A DNA stretch of 32,000 nucleotides from Candidatus Jordarchaeales archaeon (GTDB lineage: Archaea > Asgardarchaeota > Jordiarchaeia > Jordiarchaeales > Freyrarchaeaceae). The notes under the pieces were generated by a model. That model searched no databases. It saw only the letters and a list, made by a program, of their open reading frames with translations, and was not told the DNA's origin. The position numbers were made by a program, and so were the translations under genes. The stretch is taken from NCBI GenBank assembly GCA_038858525.1, contig JAWCFL010000009.1:32512-64511 (forward strand), given 5' to 3'. The number at the start of each line of letters is the position of its first letter. The stretch's first letter is position 1. Of the stretch, positions 24,731 through 32,000 are shown piece after piece.

Positions 24731-26201
24731 TACTCTCCTCCTCTTTCATTTTCCTTTTTTCAGCGACGATTTTGAGGGTGAGGGGCGCCGCTACGCTGAC
24801 CGATAACCACGCCGCTGAGGAGTAAATTAGGGATGATGAAACGTCTTGCGGCATTAGGGGGACCAGGGTGGTTAGGGGTGGAGCTATCAGGTGGACTTGT
24901 TGCCAAGGTGAAAGAATGGATAATGCGATGATCACCAGTAGCGCTGCCGGGGCAACGAAGCGTAAGACCAGCTCCAAAGCCTCTTGAGTCATGGGTGAGG
25001 AAGCTAGTCCAAGCTGCTTGGCTACACGTTCCACCCTTACAATCCATCCGACGACTAATGTTTCAACCAGAGCCACGACGCATGCGCCTAAAGTGATCCA
25101 CCAAACCAAGAAAGCTAGGTGAACCCATGAAGGGGCAAAAGTGACCATTATGCTTAACGCGGCTGCTGGCGCCATAATCACGAGAAGGGCAAGCCGACCG
25201 CTAACCCTCAACTCTTCACGGATAGTGGCTGACGCCGAGTCAAGCGTGGCTGAACACCCCAAAGATGCGGCGAAGGTGAATGCGCAAACCATGAAGCTTG
25301 AGGCAGCGTTCCCTAGGGCTCCACGCCATGTGGAGAGCGCAGCTGACGATGCAAGCCACCACTGGAAGACGTCCAGTAGAGCGGCTGGGAGAATTGCCCG
25401 GCGCGCAGCGTCAACCATCCCGGAAGCCCCTCCACTGCTGAAGAACGCCATCGATGCGAGGAAGACGACGCCTATAACCACCAGAGGGTAGAGCATGGAC
25501 TGGAAGCCTGTGTTTGCTTCGCCTTTCGCGTTATGGAAGAGAACTCCCATGCCGGCGCCGACGCTCAGAACGGGTGTGGCTAATACTAAAGGCGGCAAAC
25601 TGCTACGCCAACCGCCCTCGAAGATGTAGTTCACTCCGGGGTTAACCCCACCTGGCAGAGTCAAGCTCAGCGCCGTAAAGAAGACTAGGGATGCTACCGT
25701 CGCTAACAGTATAACTTTAAACACTGCTGTTTTTCTACGTGACTTGTTGAGCGCGAACATTGAGGCTAAAGTTACAACCCAAAACGTTGAAATTCCGAAG
25801 GCACGGTGCCAGCTTAGATGCCAAAGCAGGAAAGATGTGAGCTGCGCGGTTGCCACTATTCCGAGCAAGGATGGAATGAGCGATAGTAACAGCAATGTTG
25901 CCAGCATTAATCCGAGCGTGACACTCAGCAGTCCTGCAAGCCAGACGGCGTTCACCAACGCAAGCCACCCTACGATTTCCAGCCTCCTACTAATCTGCCT
26001 CAGTGAGCCCGGCAATGTGGAGGCGAAGGGCGTCAGTGCGACTTCAGATAGAGCTGACGGAAAACCTGCGAGGAACACGAGTAGAATGAAGGAGAAAACA
26101 GCCAGTCCGCCTCCACTCATGACACCGAACTCGGAAAACCATAAAGCCACGATGCCTAGAGACAAAACCGCGCCCACGCCAGCTAGACGCAAACCCAGCA
26201 C
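24723..26201 (-). CDS. Divergent sodium:neurotransmitter symporter (NSS/SNF, LeuT-fold)-like membrane protein
   Basis: About 12 hydrophobic segments. NSS-like order of motifs: TM1 LAGVGAVLSLG, SGGG, LAGFPSALSEVAL, IVGW, ETLVVGW and LRFVAP. Canonical residues are eroded. Confidence 0.65.
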   Translation of the reverse strand: MLGLRLAGVGAVLSLGIVALWFSEFGVMSGGGLAVFSFILLVFLAGFPSALSEVALTPFASTLPGSLRQISRRLEIVGWLALVNAVWLAGLLSVTLGLMLATLLLLSLIPSLLGIVATAQLTSFLLWHLSWHRAFGISTFWVVTLASMFALNKSRRKTAVFKVILLATVASLVFFTALSLTLPGGVNPGVNYIFEGGWRSSLPPLVLATPVLSVGAGMGVLFHNAKGEANTGFQSMLYPLVVIGVVFLASMAFFSSGGASGMVDAARRAILPAALLDVFQWWLASSAALSTWRGALGNAASSFMVCAFTFAASLGCSATLDSASATIREELRVSGRLALLVIMAPAAALSIMVTFAPSWVHLAFLVWWITLGACVVALVETLVVGWIVRVERVAKQLGLASSPMTQEALELVLRFVAPAALLVIIALSILSPWQQVHLIAPPLTTLVPLMPQDVSSSLIYSSAAWLSVSVAAPLTLKIVAEKRKMKEEESND

Positions 26202-26449
26202 CCTCCTCCCTATTTAGGGGGGACCTTCCTCAAAAGGCTAACGGCCCCCGTAGAGCGCCAAGAAAAAATTCAGTGGCTCCCTATTTTTTAACAGGGATTT
26301 ATAGTGTTTCAGCTTCAAGCTTCCTTTTTCCCTCGACGAAGTTGGTTGCATGTGTCTCCATGTAGTGCGGGAGTACTGAAATGGCTCTAGGTGTGCTTTA
26401 ACCGAAAAATTTACTAAAAGGGTTTCCACAATGTTTTTTGGATGATATA

Positions 26450-26791
26450 ATGACGAAGCTTGAAATTTGGTTTGAGGGCCCTGTCTATTATCGTCTCCCG
26501 AAGTCTGGCAAACTGGAGGCTGCGGGTAACAGACGAACACTTGAAGGAGTAAAGCAGTACAGCTACTTCACTATAACATGTGACTGGTACATGCAAATAA
26601 TGCAGTATGAACGGCGGAACTGTTGCACTATCCGATACTACATCGTCAAGAGCTATGACGAGTACTACCTTATACTGCACTCTTCCGGCTGTGAGCAGCA
26701 CCCCGGAGTACTAGATTACAGGGACGTGGACAAGGAGACGGTTACTCGGGCGCTACAAGCCTCAAAAAGGGAGCAGTCTGCAAGCGGTTAA
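26450..26791 (+). CDS. Hypothetical protein (Tyr-rich, four Cys)
   Basis: 113-aa ORF from ATG 26450 (ORF track start TTG 26438) filling the gap between flanking genes, with an AT-rich promoter-like region at 26404-26420. No recognisable motif. Confidence 0.55.
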   Translation: MTKLEIWFEGPVYYRLPKSGKLEAAGNRRTLEGVKQYSYFTITCDWYMQIMQYERRNCCTIRYYIVKSYDEYYLILHSSGCEQHPGVLDYRDVDKETVTRALQASKREQSASG

Positions 26792-26905
26792 CCGCGTATT
26801 TTTAAAAAAATTGAATTCTTATTTCTTGATCTTGAAGTTGGGGGAAGAAAAGGGTTAAAAGGCGGGTTTACAAGGGTTTCCGTTTTTTGTGTACGTTGCT
26901 TTCCC

Positions 26906-29900
26906 TTACTCGAAGAACTGTTTAACTATGTTCTCCGGTTCTTTTCCGCGCCTTATGAGCTCCGTCACTGTTTTGTCGAGTTCTTCTTCACTTATGCCTG
27001 CACGCCTGAATATCTCGTCTAGGAGGTCTCTCGTCGCCCAGTCTCTTTCGACATACGCGATGAATGCTGGCGGTGTTCCCTTGCCGCCCCTGTAGCTGTG
27101 GAGGGTCCACGTCCACGCTGAGCAAGGTAGGAATGTTCCGTCCGGTAGGGTTGAGGCTAAATGGTAGCATGCTATCATGTTCTCGATTGCCTCAGCTAGG
27201 CTGGTGTGTCCTTCCTCCTTAAGTTTCTCCACCGTTTTTTTCAGGCGCTCAACGAATATCCGGTGGTTTTTGTTTTCAAAGATCGAGTGAGCTGAGAGAG
27301 CCTCGACACCCCAGTGTTCCCTTATAGAGTTTGCCACGCTGACGCCGAACTTTCTCTTGCCGACGAAGCTCTTCCACATTTCGCCGAACCTCTCCAGTTC
27401 TACGATGTGCTTAGCGATCCTTATGAAGGCACGTAGCCTCGGAAACTCTCCTCCAACCCCAGCCTTGAGAGTGCTCACTATCACTCTGCCCGTAAGCCTA
27501 GAGATAGCCGTGCCCTCCCTTAGCTCTAGAACCATCGGTAGAAGCTCGTGCTCTACGACTATAGGCTTAATACTCACCTGCTCAAAGTGGTCTGGTTTCG
27601 CGTTGCTCTCCAGCCACCTCCAAATCCTGTTGTCGTATTCCCTTCCCTCTGAGAAGCTTGCCAGAGCTAATATGTCACAATACTCGCAGGGTATCTCTTC
27701 TATAAGGTTGCACCCAAACTTGCTTGGAAGATTAATTGGCGGGTTATCCTTCAAAATTTGCTGGGCAACTTCCGTCTTCAGAGCGAATGTTTCCCCGTGG
27801 GGGAAGTATGACAAAACGGAGTCCACAAACCTCTTAACGCCGTCGACAGAATAAAGGTCTCCCTGGAAAACTTTGCCTAGCTCCTCCTCCAGCCTTAACA
27901 TAATAGACTTGACTGCCTCAATAATTTTTGATGATGAAGCATCTCGAGGTAGTCTAAGCCTCTCAAAAATGAACTTTTCAAACTCTCTTTTCCTCCTATC
28001 GAGCACCGCCCTGTACGCTTCCTCCACTCTGAATGATCTGCCGTCCAAGGACATCATAACGGATGGCAGGGTCAACGGGGCACCCGGAATGAAGCCCTCC
28101 AGCGTCACCCACTCTGGCGCAGGCTCCACTCCAAGGTGGCGTAGGACGTCTCTCACGCTGATCGTGGCCACCCCGACAACCGTGTCAGCTCCACCATAAT
28201 AGAGGAATATCGTGTCCTCGATGAGCACTGCGCCGCAAGGGAAGACTACGTTCGGAACTTGGCCCCACCTCTCATACCACTCCTCCGGCTCCATGAGCGG
28301 CTCCTCAGATCTAGCTATGACCCTGAGCGGGTTCTCCGGGTCGAGCAGGAGCACACCAACCCGATAAACTCCCTCCTCGGAGACGCCGTGGTAGAAGAGA
28401 AGCCAGCCTTCCCTGATCTTTATCGGTGGAGGACCAATCCCGACTTTTCTACTATCCCACATCCCCTTTCTGGGGAAGATCCAAGAGTGGTGCTTGAGAG
28501 GCTTTCCGGTGAAGTCTAGATTCTCGCGCAGCTCGTAATCTATGCAGTCTCCCATGCGGTGCACAACTATGAAGCTGTCCATGTACTTCTCCGGAAAAAT
28601 GCAGGAGTTCTTGTCGAAGACGTCGTAGGGCGAGATTATGACGGGATACGACCACTTATCCCATCTTCCCGCCAAGAAGTCATCTACACTTATCGATGTC
28701 AGAGCAACACGGGCATTCAACCCATCGTAGGCAGTGTACGTCATATAGATTTTGTCGCCGATCAGCACCATCCTCGGATCCTCGCAGCCGGAGCCTAGGC
28801 CGGGAGCCGCCTTCTTCTCGAACGGCGCCCTAGGAACATATATCGGTTCGGGGGAACGATAGGTTATCTTGACACCGTCCTCACTGGTGGCGTATCCGAG
28901 AACAGAGGTGTTGTCCTCGGACTGCGCCCTGTATATTATGTGAACCTTCCCGCCCAAGTATATCGCAGCAGGGTTGAACGTCGCCTTAGCCTCCCAGTAG
29001 TGGGACCTTACCGGGGTTATTATGGGGTTTCCTTGGGGACGCACAAGCTTAACCGGCTTCTCCCTCATCGTCCACACTAAGAGTGGGAGGTTTATGTATG
29101 CCAAACAACACGTGGTGTCAGCCGCCCCGTAGTAAAGGTATATCGTGTCGTCCTCGAGCAGGGCCCCGGAGGGAAAAACAACGTTTGGCACCATACCTAT
29201 TCTTTCGTAGTACTCGCCCGGCGTCAATATTGGGGAATCCGTTCTAGCGATGATCCTCGCAGGGTTACGTAGATCCAAAAGCACCGCCTCGATACCGAAA
29301 AGCCTTTTCTGAGGCGAGAAGTAGTCTCTTATGTAGGAGTATATTAGAAGCCAACCGTAGGGCGTCTCGATTGGCGGAGCACCGACCTCGATGTGGTCCT
29401 GCGGCCTCCTCTGGAGGGGGAGGCTGTGCTTATCGAACTCGGAGTACCATTTTCTCCAGTAGTCCTCAGACCACAATTCACTTTCATCCTCGAATGATGC
29501 GAGACAGATCCTCGCTGGCGGCTTATCCGTGTGAACGGTCAGAACAGCCCACAGGGATCCGTTAATCCTTTCAGGAAACAGCGCCATGGCCTTTGCGTTG
29601 AACGGCGTAACCAAATGCTTCTCCTCAACTCTTCTAAGGTCTCTGCTCACGGCAACAGCGACCTTAATCCCGTCCGGGGTCGGTGGCCACTGTGACAGAG
29701 CAGTGTAAAAAACGTAATATTTTCCGTCGAGCTCGGTCACCCTCGGGTCCTCGCAGCCAAACCACTCCCAGCGATGCTCAGGGTATATGAACACTCTTCT
29801 GCCGTAAAATTCGACTCCATCCTCGCTCTCAGCCAGCCCTATCCTTGAAAGCCTCAGAGTCACGCCATCAACTGTTTCAAATGAGGATAAGGCACGGTAA

Positions 29901-30019
29901 AGCAAGCAGATCTTCCCATCCTTCCTGACGGGGCAACCATTAAAGACGGCTTCAGCCTCCCAACTAACACTCGGGTTAGGCCTTAGTACCGGATTTACCT
30001 CCGAGCGTTGAGCCAGCAT
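26906..30019 (-). CDS. Two tandem GH130-like (PH1107/TM1225-type beta-propeller) domains plus a C-terminal ~390-aa domain of unknown function
   Basis: Two copies of the NP..P...WE....FN / GCEDPR / YTAL or YTAY / VPNVVFP.GA / YYGxAD pattern, at about 29070-30019 and 28140-29050. Likely start ATG 30019. Confidence 0.88.
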   Translation of the reverse strand: MLAQRSEVNPVLRPNPSVSWEAEAVFNGCPVRKDGKICLLYRALSSFETVDGVTLRLSRIGLAESEDGVEFYGRRVFIYPEHRWEWFGCEDPRVTELDGKYYVFYTALSQWPPTPDGIKVAVAVSRDLRRVEEKHLVTPFNAKAMALFPERINGSLWAVLTVHTDKPPARICLASFEDESELWSEDYWRKWYSEFDKHSLPLQRRPQDHIEVGAPPIETPYGWLLIYSYIRDYFSPQKRLFGIEAVLLDLRNPARIIARTDSPILTPGEYYERIGMVPNVVFPSGALLEDDTIYLYYGAADTTCCLAYINLPLLVWTMREKPVKLVRPQGNPIITPVRSHYWEAKATFNPAAIYLGGKVHIIYRAQSEDNTSVLGYATSEDGVKITYRSPEPIYVPRAPFEKKAAPGLGSGCEDPRMVLIGDKIYMTYTAYDGLNARVALTSISVDDFLAGRWDKWSYPVIISPYDVFDKNSCIFPEKYMDSFIVVHRMGDCIDYELRENLDFTGKPLKHHSWIFPRKGMWDSRKVGIGPPPIKIREGWLLFYHGVSEEGVYRVGVLLLDPENPLRVIARSEEPLMEPEEWYERWGQVPNVVFPCGAVLIEDTIFLYYGGADTVVGVATISVRDVLRHLGVEPAPEWVTLEGFIPGAPLTLPSVMMSLDGRSFRVEEAYRAVLDRRKREFEKFIFERLRLPRDASSSKIIEAVKSIMLRLEEELGKVFQGDLYSVDGVKRFVDSVLSYFPHGETFALKTEVAQQILKDNPPINLPSKFGCNLIEEIPCEYCDILALASFSEGREYDNRIWRWLESNAKPDHFEQVSIKPIVVEHELLPMVLELREGTAISRLTGRVIVSTLKAGVGGEFPRLRAFIRIAKHIVELERFGEMWKSFVGKRKFGVSVANSIREHWGVEALSAHSIFENKNHRIFVERLKKTVEKLKEEGHTSLAEAIENMIACYHLASTLPDGTFLPCSAWTWTLHSYRGGKGTPPAFIAYVERDWATRDLLDEIFRRAGISEEELDKTVTELIRRGKEPENIVKQFFE

Positions 30020-30146
30020 CCGCCTAGCAAACAACAACATCACCTTAATTAAAATCAGGATCAACTACAAATAAAAGTATGCCGTTAGAAACATGAGGAA
30101 TCACATAAAAAAGAAGAAAAGTTGAGTTCTCACTGCTTGCGCGAAA

Positions 30147-31145
30147 CTACTTGGTTAAGTAGTCGAGGAGTTCGTCCAAGTTGGTGTACGCCACGCAGAC
30201 ATGTGTATCCGCAGCACCATAATACACTAGGAGCTTGGAGTCCTTGACGACTGCTCCTGTGACGTACGTGACTCCCGGCTTGAATCCGCTGAACTCATAG
30301 TGCTCCTTGGGGCCAAGGAGCGGCGCCCTCGACCGGTATAGCATCTTCGTCGGGTCATCGATGTCCATTATCATCGCCCCAACTCTGTAGTAGCCATCAT
30401 CGCCCGTGGCGTGATATAACAGTAACCATCCCGGATCAGTTCTTATCGGGGGCGCCGCCGCGCCCCTAACAAATCTGTCCCAAGTGTCTCTAGGCACAGG
30501 TCTATAGTAGCTCTGTATGGGGCCCGGCTCATCCAAACTGTCCAAGTAGGCGATGCCAATTTCAGGACTTAGGCTGTGAAGTATGGCGTACTTGCCCTCT
30601 ATCTTTTCTGGGAAGAGAACCCAGTTCTTATGCGGCTGGTCTGGAGGAGATAGCAGGATAGGCACTTTCCAGTTCCACCTTTTCTCCGAGAGGTCATTGG
30701 CATTTATTGCGGTTAGCATGATCCCTATGCTTCTCCCATCATAGAAGGTGTACGTCATGTAAACCCTGTCTTCCCCCTTCATTTTGACTAGGCGTGGATC
30801 CTCAACTCCGAACGCCCCGCCACCGGAAAAGTACTCCTCAGTAATGTTCGAGGACGCGAACGGCGAAGACCACCGGTGCTCGTAAACCGGGTAGGGCAAC
30901 CTTTCATCAATGTTAAATCCATCCCTCGAAGAAGCGTAACCGACACGGGAAACCCAATCCTCACCAATAGCACGGTAAAGAACGTGAACCCGTTCATCCA
31001 GCAAAACCACACCAGGATTGAAGGTCTGCATGTTCTCCCAGCGGTTCCCACTAGGCGACAGAATAGGGTTCCTCATCCACCTTGTCAGTCTTTCCTTAAC
31101 TTCCTTCTCGCTCAACACTCGTTTCAACCCCTCCTTAAATCTCAA
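30147..31145 (-). CDS. GH130-like glycosidase/glycoside phosphorylase, single domain
   Basis: RNPILSP, TFNPG, GVEDPRL, KNWVLFPEKIEGKY, GWLLLYH and VYYGAADTHVC. Confidence 0.9.
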   Translation of the reverse strand: MRFKEGLKRVLSEKEVKERLTRWMRNPILSPSGNRWENMQTFNPGVVLLDERVHVLYRAIGEDWVSRVGYASSRDGFNIDERLPYPVYEHRWSSPFASSNITEEYFSGGGAFGVEDPRLVKMKGEDRVYMTYTFYDGRSIGIMLTAINANDLSEKRWNWKVPILLSPPDQPHKNWVLFPEKIEGKYAILHSLSPEIGIAYLDSLDEPGPIQSYYRPVPRDTWDRFVRGAAAPPIRTDPGWLLLYHATGDDGYYRVGAMIMDIDDPTKMLYRSRAPLLGPKEHYEFSGFKPGVTYVTGAVVKDSKLLVYYGAADTHVCVAYTNLDELLDYLTK

Positions 31146-31569
31146 AGTTAAATAAAGCGTAATGCTTTAAAAAACTTAACCCATATATTTTTTTCATTTC
31201 ACATTTCTTTAACTTATATAATATTTTTACTTCCTTCTTTTGTTTTTATTTTCTCGTTTACTTTTATTTTTCTACATTTTTCTTTCGAGTTTTCATGGCA
31301 CGTCCATTACTGGTAAACTTTGGGCTGATTCACCCAGGGTGTTTCAGCGCTAATAGGTGGCTCTGTCTCCAAGTTACGCACCTACTTGATTCTTGAAATT
31401 TTTCGCTCTTCACTAAAACCACGCTTACACCCTAATTTCTCCTGAAAGAGAAAGCGCTTCTCTTACCTTCTTTTCCATGTCTCTAGTTGAGTCCTCGGTT
31501 TATATTGATGCCACGCTAATTATTTCTCGCGCTCTGAAAGGGAAGTTGGTGGCGCTTCACGTTAACCCA

Positions 31570-32000
31570 TTACTTCGCGTAGATTTTGATCACTATTGCC
31601 TGTTCTCCCTCAATGGTGTATTTGCCTGTTACTGCTGGAACAAGGCATGAGTATCCCTTTCTGAGCCTGGCTTTTTCGCCGCCGCTTCTCAGCATCACGT
31701 CTCCATTAACGCAGAATAAAATGTTGAACGCGTCTTCAGTGCTCAGCTCGGCTGAACCATTCACCTTTATTGTTTCCAAACCGAAATTGGCCATTTCAAA
31801 CATACCCTTTTCGCCTCTGACTTCGCTCTCCCTGCTCCTAGAAAACCTCATAGCCCTTATCGCCCTCTCGAGCTGAACTTCTCTTCCCTCAAAATCGAAG
31901 ACTCTATAAGTGATGTTCGAGTTCGTGGAGACTTCTAGGAGGCGCACGTTTTCTGCAAAATGAACTGTTCCTGCAGGTATCATGAAGGTGTCCAATAACT
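31570..32000 (-). CDS. C-terminal part of a class I mannose-6-phosphate isomerase-like cupin (runs off the right edge)
   Basis: FMIPAGTVH and LLEVSTNSNITYRVFDF.GRE resemble the ManA IPAGTxHA / EIQQNSDxTYRxYD motifs. The frame is open to base 32000. Confidence 0.75.
   Translation of the reverse strand, partial: LLDTFMIPAGTVHFAENVRLLEVSTNSNITYRVFDFEGREVQLERAIRAMRFSRSRESEVRGEKGMFEMANFGLETIKVNGSAELSTEDAFNILFCVNGDVMLRSGGEKARLRKGYSCLVPAVTGKYTIEGEQAIVIKIYAK

Noticed and set aside
25744-26217. 157-aa plus-strand ORF, and others at 24760-25491
   Set aside because: These lie antisense to the NSS-like gene, and their composition is what a shadow of a hydrophobic coding sequence gives.
1-32000. tRNA, rRNA, transposase, integrase or att sites
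   Set aside because: None was recognisable by eye in the intergenic regions. tRNAscan-SE, Rfam and ISEScan would be needed to exclude them formally.

Overview
This is an archaeal window, judged by BRE/TATA promoters, GGAGG/GGTG ribosome-binding sites, frequent TTG/GTG starts, TrpB2, a COG2150-type ACT regulator and MtrH. The lineage cannot be fixed from sequence alone. From left to right it contains: the degenerate 3' end of msrA; a CDF metal transporter with three C-terminal domains; a SAM methyltransferase; a cimA-ilvB-ilvH-ilvC-ilvD branched-chain amino acid operon whose cimA has no canonical in-frame start; a VapBC-type toxin-antitoxin pair; a lipoate assembly cluster (lipS2, lipS1, a lipoate ligase fused to a Cys-rich DUF116-like domain, and a geranylgeranyl-reductase-like/LipT-like flavoprotein); a divergent corrinoid methyl-transfer locus; trpB2 divergent from an ACT regulator; a small PLDc_N-like membrane protein; a C69/secernin peptidase; a strongly degenerate NSS-fold transporter with a small membrane partner; an orphan ORF; and a GH130-like/phosphomannose isomerase cluster that includes a double-GH130 protein with a ~390-aa unknown domain. 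The best candidate for an undescribed system is the methyl-transfer locus at 15386-20198. It pairs a pyrrolysine-free MtmB homologue with a 3-ketosteroid-dehydrogenase-like flavoprotein, an atypical corrinoid protein and a stand-alone MtrH. All family assignments come from motif recognition by eye; no database searches were run.
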